DNA of 64,000 bases from Isurus oxyrinchus (lineage: Eukaryota): the NCBI GenBank assembly GCA_026770705.1, contig JANJGN010000013.1, forward strand, positions 100,998,001 to 101,062,000. The letters are read 5' to 3'. Under the pieces are notes generated by a model, which saw nothing but the letters and a program-made list of their open reading frames with translations, did not search any database and was not told the origin of the DNA. This document shows, piece by piece, positions 28,401 through 43,400 of the stretch. A program made the position numbers and the translations under genes. Positions within the stretch are counted from its first letter, which is position 1. Every line of letters starts with the position of its first letter.

Positions 28401-31400
28401 TAATATGCTTTACCATTTTCTCTGGTATTTAGGGCCAACACCATTTGGAGGAACAGGGAAACCAACAACCTCAGAGACTACCATCAGTGGTGGTGAGAAT
28501 TGTTCTTCTCCTCATCAGCATCTTAAGTTGATGTTGTGCGATTCGTCTGTTAATGTTCTGTGATATTTTCTCTGCTACATAGTGCCAACATTTACTACAG
28601 TGACAGGTGTACTTCCTTCTTCAGAGACTAGCATTTCTGGTCTGTAGAACTAATTTCATTTGATTAGGTGAAATTATTTCAGAGCGATTTGTGATTTAGC
28701 TTTCTGCCATATGATCTCTGATACATAGGACCAACCCAAGCTACAGGGGCAGGCATTGCCATGGTTTCAGAAACCAAGATTACTGGTGAGGGCATATTTT
28801 CTCATTGCCATGTGAAGTTTGCACTGCTAACTGTGGGTAGTCAAGGGTCTTGATGTTTTTTGCAAAATTGAAGTTGATGACATGTTGAGTCCAATCACAT
28901 GGAAATGTATAAATGAGTGCCATCTGAGTTGTTCCATAGAATTATTGGTAATGTTCTTACTTCATAAATGTGCTTCTTTATGTTTTGTTCTGGCAGTGGT
29001 TTCTGATGGTAAAATTGTCAAATGATAATAAATTGTTAACGCTTTGTGTAAGCTTAGGTTCAACTTTTAAGCCACATTTTACAAAATGTGAGCAGAAATA
29101 TCTTGTGCCTTTACTTACCTCACTGCTTATTGATGCATATTTGTTTTTTGATTAAAAGACGTGTTGATTAAAGAGGTATGAGAATTGTGATTGTTGCCAG
29201 TTATAGTTGATATCTGGCATGGCCAAGTATTTCTTTCGGTCGAGGACGGAGCAGTTAAGTAAGCTTGTTGAATTGATTGGAGTCAGTCTGCTGTGTCATT
29301 GTCGGATGAGTGATTGTGTTGTTGGCAGTATCTTTGAATTCGCAAGTGATACGGATTATGAAGATAGCCCAAAACTTTTTGAGAAATGGAGGAATTGGGG
29401 CCTGACAATTCCATTTGTTTTTTTGAAGAAAACATCGAAAGTGAAAATTTGTGATAATTTGCTTTTTTGCATTTGTACTTTGAAGAAATATCAGGTTGCT
29501 GTTATTAATTTTAGAAACCTAAATGCATTTATTTGAACGAATGATGATGGCAGAAGACATCAGGTTATCTGATGAGTCGAGAAATGCTTGTCTGTCCTGA
29601 GGCCAAGAGGATGTGCTTAAAAGCATCTCAATTGATGAACTGGAAAATGAAAGGATTCTTTTGGGGTGATTTTGGGCAATGATGAGGCTTCCATGTGAAA
29701 TATGTTTTTGGAAAGACAGAGAAAATTATTTTCTCAAAATGGAATACAGCAAGGTTTCCATTAGCAAATAATTGGTGAAGTAGTGATGAGAAGTGCAATG
29801 TGCTGAGTGCGATTTTTAAATTGCGCCCCTGAAGTTGTTAGAAATATCAATCAGTTTGAAATCTTTCAAATTAATTTTGCCTGTTTAGAAGCGCTCAATC
29901 TTGTGAAGAAAAGCAAATGAAGCATTTGCTGACACCATGTTATTGAAGATATCATTGCCAGAAAATGAAGTGCCTTTTATTGGCAACTTTGTCCAGGAAT
30001 TGCTCTGGAAGTTATCCTCTACCTTATTGGAAGGGAATTGCTGCTAGGCTATGTTGTATATAATTATTGTTCTATTCCTTATCTTTGTAGAAGTAATTGT
30101 ATGTTGCTCCTTCAACTGAACTAGATGATGCGAATATCTCAACATTATCTCAGAAGCCGATGCAGCCAGTAGTGAATTAATAATCTGCCATTTCCTCTGG
30201 CATTTAGGGCCAATGCCATCTGGAGGAACAGGAAGACCAAGATCTTCAGAGACCACCATCAGTGGTGAGTATGGCTCTTCTCCTCATCAGCATGTTAAAT
30301 TAAATTTCTGTGATTCGGGTATAAGTATTCTGTAATATTTCCTCTGCTAAGTTAAATATAATCTTTCCTTGTAAACAACTGCTCATTCTTGTCAACAAAA
30401 GATTATGAAGCATTTGTTGACACCCTGTCATTAATGATATTCTTACCGGAAAGGCAAATGCGTTTTGCAGGCAACTTGCTGCAGCACCTGCTCTGGAGGT
30501 TAACCGCTAGATTTTGAGAATTGAATTGGTGATAGGAGATTTTGTGAATAATTATTTTTCTGTTTCTTACCTTTGTAGTATCATCTCTAGCTTGCCCCTT
30601 CAACTGATGTAAATTCAGTGTACATTTTCTAGGAAAGGAATGCAGCCAGTAGTGATTTAATATATTGTCCCATTTTCTCCGGTATTTAGGGCCAACACCA
30701 TTTGGTGGAACTGGAAGACCAAGAACTTCAGAGACCACCATCAGTGGTGAGTATTGTTCTTCTCATCAGCATGTTAAGTAAAATTTCTGCGATTCGGGTA
30801 TAAGTATTATGTAATATTTCCTCTGCTTCATTAAGTATAATCTTTCCTTGTATACAACTGCTCATTCTTGTCAACAAAAGACAATGAATTGTTTGTTGAC
30901 ATTTGTTGACACCATGTCATTCATGATATTCTTGCCTGAAAAGCAAATGCCTTTTGCAGGCAATTTGCTCCAGCAACTGCTGTGGGGTTTAACTGCTAGA
31001 TTTTGAGAATTGAATTAGTGATAGGAGATTTTAGGTATAACTATTTTTCTGTTTCTTACCTTTCTAGTATCATGTCTAACATGTTCCTTCAACTGAAGTA
31101 AATTCAGTGTGCATTATGTAGGAAAGCGATGCAGCCTGCAGTGAATTAATATGCTTTATCATTTTCTCTGGTATTTAGGGCCAACACCATTTGGAGGAAC
31201 AGGGAGACCAACAACTTCAGAGACCTCCATCAGTGGTGGTGAGAATTGTTCTTCTCATCAGCATGTTAAGTTAATGTTGTGCGATTCGTGTATTAATATT
31301 CTGTAATATTTCCTCTGCTACATTGTGCGAACACTAACGACAGTGACAGGTGTACGTCCTGCTTCAGAAACCAACATTTCTGGTGAGCAGAGCTAATTTC

Positions 31401-34400
31401 ATTTAATTAGGTGAAATTATTTCAGAGCGATTTGTCATTTAGCGCTCTGCAATATGATCTCTGCTGCATGGGACCAACCCAAGCTACAGGGACAGGATTT
31501 GCAATGGTTTCGCAAACCAGGATTACTGGTGAGCACATGTTTTCTCATTGCCATGTGATGTTTGCGTTGCCAACTGCAGGCAGTCAAGGGTCTTGATGTT
31601 TTTGCAAAATTGAAGTTGATGATATGTTGAGTCTAATCACATGGAAATATCTAAATGAGTGCCAAATGAGTTGTTCCACAGTATTATTGGTAATGTTCTT
31701 ACTTCATAAATGTGCTTCTTTATGCTTTGTTCTGGCAGTGGTTTCTGATGGTAAAATTGTTAAATGATAATAAATTGTTAACGGTTTGTGTAAGCTTAGG
31801 TTCAACTTTTATGTCACATTTTACAAAATGTGAGCACAGACACCTTGTTCCTTTACTTTCCTCACTGCTTTTTGATGCGTATTTGTTTTGTGATTCAAAG
31901 ACGTGTTGATTAAAGAGGTATGAGAATTGTGATTGTTGCCAGTTATAGTTCATTTCTGGCATTGTCAAGTATTTCTTTCGGTCGAGGACGGAGGAGTTAA
32001 GTAAGCTTGTTGAATTGATGCGAGTCAGTCCGCTGTGTCATTGTTGGATGAGTGATTGTGTGATTGGCAGTATCTTTGAATTAGCAAGTGATACGGATAA
32101 TGAATTCGGCCCAAAACCTTTTGAGAAATGGAGGAACTGGGGCCTGACAATTCTATTTCCTTTTTTGAAGCAAATATTGAAGTTGAAAATTTGCGATTAT
32201 TTGCTTTTTTGCATTTGTACTTTGAAGAAATATCAGGTTGCTGTTATTAATTTTAGAAACCTAAATGCATTTATTTGAACCAATGATGATGGCAGAAGAC
32301 ATCAGGTTATCTGATGAGTCGAGAGATGCTTGTCTGTCCTGAGGCCAAGAGGATGTGCTTAAAAGCATCTCAATTGATGAAATGGAAAATGAAAGGATTC
32401 TTTTTGGGTGATTCTGGGCAATGATGAGGCTTCAATGTGAAGTATGTTTCTGGAAAGACAGAGAACATTATTTTCTCAAAATGGAATACAGCAAGGTTTC
32501 CATTAGCAAATAATTGGTGAAGTGATGATGAGAAGTGCCATGTGCTGAGTGGGATTTTTAAACTGCGCCCCTGAAGTTGTTAGAAATATCAATCAGTTAG
32601 GAATCTTTCAAATTAAGTTTGCCTGTTAAGAAGCGCTCAATCTTGTGAAGAAAAGCAAATGAATTGTTTGCTGACACCATGTTATTGAAGATATCATTGC
32701 CTGAAAATTAAGTGCCTTTTATCGGCAACTTTGTCCAGGAATTGCTCTGGAAGTTATCCTCTACCTTATTGGAAGGGAATTGCTGCTAGGCTTTGTTGTA
32801 TATAATTATTGTTCTATTCCTTATCTTTGTAGAAGTAATGTATGTTGCTCCTTCAACTGAACTAGATGAGGCGAATATCTCAACATTATCTCAGAAGCTG
32901 ATGCAGCCAGTAGTGAATTAATAATCTGCCATTTCCTCTGGCATTTAGGGCCAACGCCATTTGGAGGAACAGGAAGACCAAGAACTTCAGAGACCACCAT
33001 CAGTGGTGAGTATGGCTCTTCTCCTCATCAGCATGTTAAGTTAAATTTCTGTGATTCGGGTATAAGTATTCTGTAATATTTCCTCTGCTACATTAAGTAT
33101 AATCTTTCCTTGTAAACAATCGCTCATTCTTGTCAACAAAAGACAATGAATTGTTTGTTGACATTTGTTGACACCATGTCATTCATGATATTCTTGCCTG
33201 AAAAGCAAATGCCTTTTGCAGGCATTTTTCTCCAGCAACAGCTCTGGTGTTTAACTGCTAGATTTTGGGAATTGAATTAGTGATAGGAGATTTTGGGTAT
33301 AATTATTTTTCTGTTTCTTACCTTTCTAGTATCATCTCTAACATGTTCCTTCAACTGAAGGAAATTCAGTGTACATTATATAGGAAAGCGATGCAGCCAG
33401 CAGTGAATTAATATGCTTTACCATTTTCTCTGGTATTTAGGGCCAACACCATTTGGAGGAACAGGGAGACCAACAACTTCAGAGACTACCATCAGTGTTG
33501 GTGAGAATTGTTCTTCTCCTCATCAGCATGTTAAGTTAATGTTGTGCGATTCGTGTATTAATATTCTGTAATATTTCCTCTGCTACATTGTGCGAACACT
33601 AACGACAGTGACAGGTGTACTTCCTGCTTCAGAGCCCAGCATTTCTGGTGAGTAGAGCTAATTTCATTTGATTAGGTGAAATTATTTCAGAGCGATTTGT
33701 GACTTAGCGCTCTGCAATATGATCTCTGCTGCATAGGACCAACCCAAGCTACGGGGACAGGATTTGCAATGGTTTCAGAACCCAGGATTACTGGTGAGCA
33801 CATGTTTTCTCACTGCCATGTGCAGTTTGCCCTGCCAACTGCAGGCAGTCAAGGGTCTTGATGTTTTTGCAAAATTGAAGTTGATGATATGTTGAGTCCA
33901 ATCACATGGAAATGTCGAAATAAGTGCCAAATGGGTTTTCCACAGTATTATTGGTAATGTTCTTACTTTATAAATGTGCTTCTTTATGCTTTGTTCTGGC
34001 AGTGGTTTCTGATGGTAAAATTGTTAAATGATAACAAATTGTTAACGCTTTGTGTAAGCTTAGGTTCAACTTTTATGCCACATTTTACAAAATGTGAGGA
34101 CAAACACCTTGTTCCTTTACTTTCCTCACTGCTTATTGATGCATATTTGTTTTGTGATTCAAAGACGTGTTGATTAAAGAGGTATGAGAATTGTGATTGT
34201 TGCCAGTTATAGTTGATATCTGGCATTGTCAAGTATTTCTTTTGGTCGAGGACGGAGCAGTTAAGTAAGCTTGTTGAATTGATGGGTGTCAGTCTGCTGT
34301 GTCATTGGTGGATGAGTGATTGTGTGATTGGAAGTATCTTTGAATTAGCAAGCGATACGGATAAATAAGAATCCCCAAAACCTTTTGAGAAATGGAGGAA

Positions 34401-37400
34401 CTGGGGCCTGACAATTCCATTTCCTTTTTTGAAGCAAATATCGAAGTTGAAAATTTGTGATTATTTGCTTTTTTGCATTTGTACTTTGAAGAAATATCAG
34501 GTTGCTGTTATTAATTTTAGAAACCTAAATGCACTTATTTGAACGAATGATGATGGCAGAAGACATCAGGTTATCTGATGAGTCGAGAGATGCTTGTCTG
34601 TCCTGAGGCCAAGAGGATGTGCTTAAAAGCATCTCATTTGATGAACTGGAAAATGAATGGATTCTTTTTGGGTGATTTTGAGCAATGATGAGGCTTCCAT
34701 GTGAAATATGTTTCTGGAAAGACAGAGAACATTATTTTCTCAAAATGGAATACAGCAAGGTTTCCATTACCAAATAATTGGTGAAGTAGTGATGAGAAGT
34801 GCCATGTGCTGAGTGGGATTTTTAAATTGCGCCCCTGAAGTTGTTAGAAATATCAATCAGTTTGAAATCTTTCAAATTAATTTTGCCTGTTAAGAAGCGC
34901 TCAATCTTGTGAAGAAAAGCAAATGAAGCATTTGCTGACACCATGTTATTGAAGATATCATTGCCTGAAAATGAAGTGCCTTTTATCGGCAACTTTGTCC
35001 AGGAATTGCTCTGGATGTTATCCTCTACCTTATTGGAAGGGAATTGCTGTTAAGCTTTGTTGTATATAATTATTGTTCTATTCCTTATCTTTGTAGAAGT
35101 AATTGTATGTTGCTCCTTCAACTGAACTAGATGATGCGAATATCTCAACATTATCTCAGAAGCCGATGCAGCCAGTAGTGAATTAATAATCTGCCATTTC
35201 CTCTGGCATTTAGGGCCAACGCCATTTGGTGGAACAGGAAGACCAAGAACTTCAGAGACCACCATCAGTGGTGAGTATGGCTCTTCTCCTCATCAGCATG
35301 TTAAGTTAAATTTCTGTGATTCGGGTATAAGTATTCTGTAATATTTCCTCTGCTACGTTAAATATAATCTTTCCTTGTAAACAACTGCTCATTCTTGTCA
35401 ACAAAAGATTATGAAGCGTTTGTTTTCACCCTGTCATTAATGATGTTCTTGCCGGAAAAGCAAATGCCTTTTGCAGGCATCTTGCTGCAGCACCTGCTCT
35501 GGAGGTTAACCGCTAGATTTTGAGAATTGAATTGGTGATAGGAGTTTTTGGGAATAATTATTTTTCTGTTTCTTACCTTTGTAGTATCATCTCTAGCTTG
35601 CCCCTTCTACTGGTGTAAATTCAGTGTACATTTTCTAGGAAAGGATTGCAGCCAGTAGTAATTTAATAGATTGTCCATTTTCTCTGGTATTTAGGGCCAA
35701 CACCATTTGGTGGAACTGGAAGGCCAAGAACTTCAGAGACCACCATCAGTGGTGAGTATTGTTCTTCTCATCATCAGCATGTTAAGTAAAATTTCTGCGA
35801 TTCGGGTATAAGTATTCTGTAATATTTCGTCTGCTACATTAAGTATAATCTTTCCTTGTAAACAATCGCTCATTCTTGTCAACAAAAGGCAATGAATTGT
35901 TTGTTGCCATTTGTTGACACCATGTCATTCATGATATTCTTGCCTGAAAAGCAAATGCCTTTTGCAGGCAATTTACTCCAGCAACTGCTCTGCGGTTTAA
36001 CTGCTTGATTTTGAGAATTGAATTAGTGATAGGAGATTTTGGGTATAACTATTTTTCTGTTTCTTACCTTTCTAGTATCATCTCTAACACATTCCTTCAA
36101 CTGAAGTAAATTCAGTGTGCATTATGTAGGAAAGCGATGCAGCCAGCAGTGAATTAATATGCTTTATCATTTTCTCTGGTATTTAGGGCCAACACCATTT
36201 GGAGGAACAGGGAGACCAACAACTTCAGAGACCTCCATCAGTGGTGGTGAGAATTGTTCTTCTCCTCATCAGCATGTTAAGTTAATGTTGTGCGATTCGT
36301 GTATTAATATTCCGTAATATTTCCTCTGCTACATAGTGCGAACACTAACGACAGTGACAGGTGTACTTCCTGCTTCAGAGACCAGCATTTCTGGTGAGTA
36401 GAGTTAATTTCAATTGATTAGGTGAAATTATTTCAGAGGGATTTGTGATTTAGCGCTCTGCAATATGATCTCTGCTGCATAGGACCAACCTAAGCTACAG
36501 GGACAGGATTTGCAATGGTTTCAGAAACCAGGATTACTGGTGAGCACATGTTTTCTCACTGCCATGTGCAGTTTGCCCTGCCAACTGCAGGCAGTCAAGG
36601 GTCTTGATGTTTTTGCAAAATTGAAGTTGATGATATGTTGAGTCCAATCACATGGAAATGTCTAAATGAGTGCCAGATGGGTTTTCCACAGTATTATTGG
36701 TAATGTTCTTACTTCATAAATGTGCTTCTTTATGCTTTGTTCTGGCAGTGCTTTCTGATGGTAAAATTGTTAAATGATAATAAATTGTTAACAGTTTGTG
36801 TAAGCTTAGGTTCAACTTTTAAGCCACATTTTACAAAATGTGATCACAAACACCTTGTTCCTTTACTTTCCTCACTGCTTATTGATGCATATTTGTTTTG
36901 TGATTCAAAGACGTGTTGATTAAAGAGGTATGAGAATTGTGATTGTTATCAGTTATAGTTGATATCTGGCATTGTCACGTATTTCTTTTGGTCGAGGACG
37001 GAGCAGTTAAGTAAGCTTGTTGAATTGATGGGTGTCAGTCCGATGTGTCATTGTTGGATGAGTGATTGTGTTGTTGGCATTATCTTTCTATTAGCAAACG
37101 ATACGGATAATGAAGACGGCCCAAAATTTCTTGAGAAATTTAGGAACTGGGGCCTGACAATTCCATTTGTTTATTCGAAGCAAATATCGAAATTGAAAAT
37201 TAGCGATTATTTGTTTTTTGCATTTGTACTTTGAAGAACTATCAGGTTGCTGTTATTAATTTTAGAAACCTAAATGCATTTATTTGAACGAATGATGATG
37301 GCAGAAGACATCAGGTTATCTGATGAGTCGAGAAATGCTTGTCTGTCCTGAGGCCAAGAGGATGTGCTTAAAAGCATCTCAATTGATGAACTGGAAAATG

Positions 37401-40400
37401 AAAGGATTCTTTTGGGGTGATTTTGGGCAATGAAGAGGCTTCCACGTGAAATATGTTTCTGGAAAGACAGAGAACATTATTTTCTCAAAATGGAATACAG
37501 CAATGTTTCCATTAGCAAATAATTGGTGAAGTAATGATGAGAAGTGCCATGTGCTGAGTGGGATTTTAAAATTGCGCCCCTGAAGTTGTTAGAAATATCA
37601 ATCAGTTTGAAATCATGCAAATTAATTTTGCTTGTTAAGAAGCGCTCAATCTCGTGAAGAAAAGCAAATGAAGCATTTGCTGGCACCATGTCATTGAGGA
37701 TACCATTGCCTGTGAATTAAGTGCCTCTAATCGGCAACTTTGTCCAGGATTTGCTCTGGAAGTTAACCTCTACCTTATTGGAAGGGAATTGCTGCTAGGC
37801 TGTTGTATATAATTATTGTTCTATTCCTTATCTTTGTAGAAATAATTGTAAGTTGCTCCTTCAACTGAACTAGATGATGCGAATATCTCAACATTATCTC
37901 AGAAGCCGATGCAGCCAGTAGTGAATTAATAATCTGCCATTTCCTCTGGCATTTAGGGCCAACGCCATTTGGAGGAACAGGAAGACCAAGAACTTCAGGG
38001 ACCACCATCAGTGGTGAGTATGGCTCTTCTCCTCATCAGCATGTTAAGTTAAATTTCTGTGATTCGGCTATAAGTATTCTGTAATATTTCCTCTGCTAAG
38101 TTAAATATAATCTTTCCTTGTAAACAACTGCTCATTCTTGTCAACAAAAGATTATGAAGCATTTGTTGACACCCTGTCATTAATGATATTCTTACCGGAA
38201 AGGCAAATGCGTTTTGCAGGCAACTTGCTGCAGCACCTGCTCTGGAGGTTAACCGCTAGATTTTGAGAATTGAATTGGTGATAGGAGATTTTGTGAATAA
38301 TTATTTTTCTGTTTCTTACCTTTGTAGTATCATCTCTAGCTTGCCCCTTCAACTGATGTAAATTCAGTGTACATTTTCTAGGAAAGGAATGCAGCCAGTA
38401 GTGATTTAATATATTGTCCCATTTTCTCCGGTATTTAGGGCCAACACCATTTGGTGGAACTGGAAGACCAAGAACTTCAGAGACCACCATCAGTGGTGAG
38501 TATTGTTCTTCTCATCAGCATGTTAAGTAAAATTTCTGCGATTCGGGTATAAGTATTATGTAATATTTCCTCTGCTTCATTAAGTATAATCTTTCCTTGT
38601 ATACAACTGCTCATTCTTGTCAACAAAAGACAATGAATTGTTTGTTGACATTTGTTGACACCATGTCATTCATGATATTCTTGCCTGAAAAGCAAATGCC
38701 TTTTGCAGGCAATTTGCTCCAGCAACTGCTGTGGGGTTTAACTGCTAGATTTTGAGAATTGAATTAGTGATAGGAGATTTTAGGTATAACTATTTTTCTG
38801 TTTCTTACCTTTCTAGTATCATGTCTAACATGTTCCTTCAACTGAAGTAAATTCAGTGTGCATTATGTAGGAAAGCGATGCAGCCTGCAGTGAATTAATA
38901 TGCTTTATCATTTTCTCTGGTATTTAGGGCCAACACCATTTGGAGGAACAGGGAGACCAACAACTTCAGAGACCTCCATCAGTGGTGGTGAGAATTGTTC
39001 TTCTCATCAGCATGTTAAGTTAATGTTGTGCGATTCGTGTATTAATATTCTGTAATATTTCCTCTGCTACATTGTGCGAACACTAACGACAGTGACAGGT
39101 GTACGTCCTGCTTCAGAAACCAACATTTCTGGTGAGCAGAGCTAATTTCATTTAATTAGGTGAAATTATTTCAGAGCGATTTGTCATTTAGCGCTCTGCA
39201 ATATGATCTCTGCTGCATGGGACCAACCCAAGCTACAGGGACAGGATTTGCAATGGTTTCGCAAACCAGGATTACTGGTGAGCACATGTTTTCTCATTGC
39301 CATGTGATGTTTGCGTTGCCAACTGCAGGCAGTCAAGGGTCTTGATGTTTTTGCAAAATTGAAGTTGATGATATGTTGAGTCTAATCACATGGAAATATC
39401 TAAATGAGTGCCAAATGAGTTGTTCCACAGTATTATTGGTAATGTTCTTACTTCATAAATGTGCTTCTTTATGCTTTGTTCTGGCAGTGGTTTCTGATGG
39501 TAAAATTGTTAAATGATAATAAATTGTTAACGGTTTGTGTAAGCTTAGGTTCAACTTTTATGTCACATTTTACAAAATGTGAGCACAGACACCTTGTTCC
39601 TTTACTTTCCTCACTGCTTTTTGATGCGTATTTGTTTTGTGATTCAAAGACGTGTTGATTAAAGAGGTATGAGAATTGTGATTGTTGCCAGTTATAGTTC
39701 ATTTCTGGCATTGTCAAGTATTTCTTTCGGTCGAGGACGGAGGAGTTAAGTAAGCTTGTTGAATTGATGCGAGTCAGTCCGCTGTGTCATTGTTGGATGA
39801 GTGATTGTGTGATTGGCAGTATCTTTGAATTAGCAAGTGATACGGATAATGAATTCGGCCCAAAACCTTTTGAGAAATGGAGGAACTGGGGCCTGACAAT
39901 TCTATTTCCTTTTTTGAAGCAAATATTGAAGTTGAAAATTTGCGATTATTTGCTTTTTTGCATTTGTACTTTGAAGAAATATCAGGTTGCTGTTATTAAT
40001 TTTAGAAACCTAAATGCATTTATTTGAACCAATGATGATGGCAGAAGACATCAGGTTATCTGATGAGTCGAGAGATGCTTGTCTGTCCTGAGGCCAAGAG
40101 GATGTGCTTAAAAGCATCTCAATTGATGAAATGGAAAATGAAAGGATTCTTTTTGGGTGATTCTGGGCAATGATGAGGCTTCAATGTGAAGTATGTTTCT
40201 GGAAAGACAGAGAACATTATTTTCTCAAAATGGAATACAGCAAGGTTTCCATTAGCAAATAATTGGTGAAGTGATGATGAGAAGTGCCATGTGCTGAGTG
40301 GGATTTTTAAACTGCGCCCCTGAAGTTGTTAGAAATATCAATCAGTTAGGAATCTTTCAAATTAAGTTTGCCTGTTAAGAAGCGCTCAATCTTGTGAAGA

Positions 40401-43400
40401 AAAGCAAATGAATTGTTTGCTGACACCATGTTATTGAAGATATCATTGCCTGAAAATTAAGTGCCTTTTATCGGCAACTTTGTCCAGGAATTGCTCTGGA
40501 AGTTATCCTCTACCTTATTGGAAGGGAATTGCTGCTAGGCTTTGTTGTATATAATTATTGTTCTATTCCTTATCTTTGTAGAAGTAATGTATGTTGCTCC
40601 TTCAACTGAACTAGATGAGGCGAATATCTCAACATTATCTCAGAAGCTGATGCAGCCAGTAGTGAATTAATAATCTGCCATTTCCTCTGGCATTTAGGGC
40701 CAACGCCATTTGGAGGAACAGGAAGACCAAGAACTTCAGAGACCACCATCAGTGGTGAGTATGGCTCTTCTCCTCATCAGCATGTTAAGTTAAATTTCTG
40801 TGATTCGGGTATAAGTATTCTGTAATATTTCCTCTGCTACATTAAGTATAATCTTTCCTTGTAAACAATCGCTCATTCTTGTCAACAAAAGACAATGAAT
40901 TGTTTGTTGACATTTGTTGACACCATGTCATTCATGATATTCTTGCCTGAAAAGCAAATGCCTTTTGCAGGCATTTTTCTCCAGCAACAGCTCTGGTGTT
41001 TAACTGCTAGATTTTGGGAATTGAATTAGTGATAGGAGATTTTGGGTATAATTATTTTTCTGTTTCTTACCTTTCTAGTATCATCTCTAACATGTTCCTT
41101 CAACTGAAGGAAATTCAGTGTACATTATATAGGAAAGCGATGCAGCCAGCAGTGAATTAATATGCTTTACCATTTTCTCTGGTATTTAGGGCCAACACCA
41201 TTTGGAGGAACAGGGAGACCAACAACTTCAGAGACTACCATCAGTGTTGGTGAGAATTGTTCTTCTCCTCATCAGCATGTTAAGTTAATGTTGTGCGATT
41301 CGTGTATTAATATTCTGTAATATTTCCTCTGCTACATTGTGCGAACACTAACGACAGTGACAGGTGTACTTCCTGCTTCAGAGCCCAGCATTTCTGGTGA
41401 GTAGAGCTAATTTCATTTGATTAGGTGAAATTATTTCAGAGCGATTTGTGACTTAGCGCTCTGCAATATGATCTCTGCTGCATAGGACCAACCCAAGCTA
41501 CGGGGACAGGATTTGCAATGGTTTCAGAACCCAGGATTACTGGTGAGCACATGTTTTCTCACTGCCATGTGCAGTTTGCCCTGCCAACTGCAGGCAGTCA
41601 AGGGTCTTGATGTTTTTGCAAAATTGAAGTTGATGATATGTTGAGTCCAATCACATGGAAATGTCGAAATAAGTGCCAAATGGGTTTTCCACAGTATTAT
41701 TGGTAATGTTCTTACTTTATAAATGTGCTTCTTTATGCTTTGTTCTGGCAGTGGTTTCTGATGGTAAAATTGTTAAATGATAACAAATTGTTAACGCTTT
41801 GTGTAAGCTTAGGTTCAACTTTTATGCCACATTTTACAAAATGTGAGGACAAACACCTTGTTCCTTTACTTTCCTCACTGCTTATTGATGCATATTTGTT
41901 TTGTGATTCAAAGACGTGTTGATTAAAGAGGTATGAGAATTGTGATTGTTGCCAGTTATAGTTGATATCTGGCATTGTCAAGTATTTCTTTTGGTCGAGG
42001 ACGGAGCAGTTAAGTAAGCTTGTTGAATTGATGGGTGTCAGTCTGCTGTGTCATTGGTGGATGAGTGATTGTGTGATTGGAAGTATCTTTGAATTAGCAA
42101 GCGATACGGATAAATAAGAATCCCCAAAACCTTTTGAGAAATGGAGGAACTGGGGCCTGACAATTCCATTTCCTTTTTTGAAGCAAATATCGAAGTTGAA
42201 AATTTGTGATTATTTGCTTTTTTGCATTTGTACTTTGAAGAAATATCAGGTTGCTGTTATTAATTTTAGAAACCTAAATGCACTTATTTGAACGAATGAT
42301 GATGGCAGAAGACATCAGGTTATCTGATGAGTCGAGAGATGCTTGTCTGTCCTGAGGCCAAGAGGATGTGCTTAAAAGCATCTCATTTGATGAACTGGAA
42401 AATGAATGGATTCTTTTTGGGTGATTTTGAGCAATGATGAGGCTTCCATGTGAAATATGTTTCTGGAAAGACAGAGAACATTATTTTCTCAAAATGGAAT
42501 ACAGCAAGGTTTCCATTACCAAATAATTGGTGAAGTAGTGATGAGAAGTGCCATGTGCTGAGTGGGATTTTTAAATTGCGCCCCTGAAGTTGTTAGAAAT
42601 ATCAATCAGTTTGAAATCTTTCAAATTAATTTTGCCTGTTAAGAAGCGCTCAATCTTGTGAAGAAAAGCAAATGAAGCATTTGCTGACACCATGTTATTG
42701 AAGATATCATTGCCTGAAAATGAAGTGCCTTTTATCGGCAACTTTGTCCAGGAATTGCTCTGGATGTTATCCTCTACCTTATTGGAAGGGAATTGCTGTT
42801 AAGCTTTGTTGTATATAATTATTGTTCTATTCCTTATCTTTGTAGAAGTAATTGTATGTTGCTCCTTCAACTGAACTAGATGATGCGAATATCTCAACAT
42901 TATCTCAGAAGCCGATGCAGCCAGTAGTGAATTAATAATCTGCCATTTCCTCTGGCATTTAGGGCCAACGCCATTTGGTGGAACAGGAAGACCAAGAACT
43001 TCAGAGACCACCATCAGTGGTGAGTATGGCTCTTCTCCTCATCAGCATGTTAAGTTAAATTTCTGTGATTCGGGTATAAGTATTCTGTAATATTTCCTCT
43101 GCTACGTTAAATATAATCTTTCCTTGTAAACAACTGCTCATTCTTGTCAACAAAAGATTATGAAGCGTTTGTTTTCACCCTGTCATTAATGATGTTCTTG
43201 CCGGAAAAGCAAATGCCTTTTGCAGGCATCTTGCTGCAGCACCTGCTCTGGAGGTTAACCGCTAGATTTTGAGAATTGAATTGGTGATAGGAGTTTTTGG
43301 GAATAATTATTTTTCTGTTTCTTACCTTTGTAGTATCATCTCTAGCTTGCCCCTTCTACTGGTGTAAATTCAGTGTACATTTTCTAGGAAAGGATTGCAG

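Larger units (their letters stand above)
1..30200. repeat. Higher-order repeat of ~6.29 kb (13 microexons), about 4.5 copies
   Basis: Equivalent C exons lie at 331, 6629, 12914, 19199, 27619 (offsets 6298, 6285, 6285, 8420; the last includes the 2.1-kb Penelope-like insertion). Confidence 0.95.
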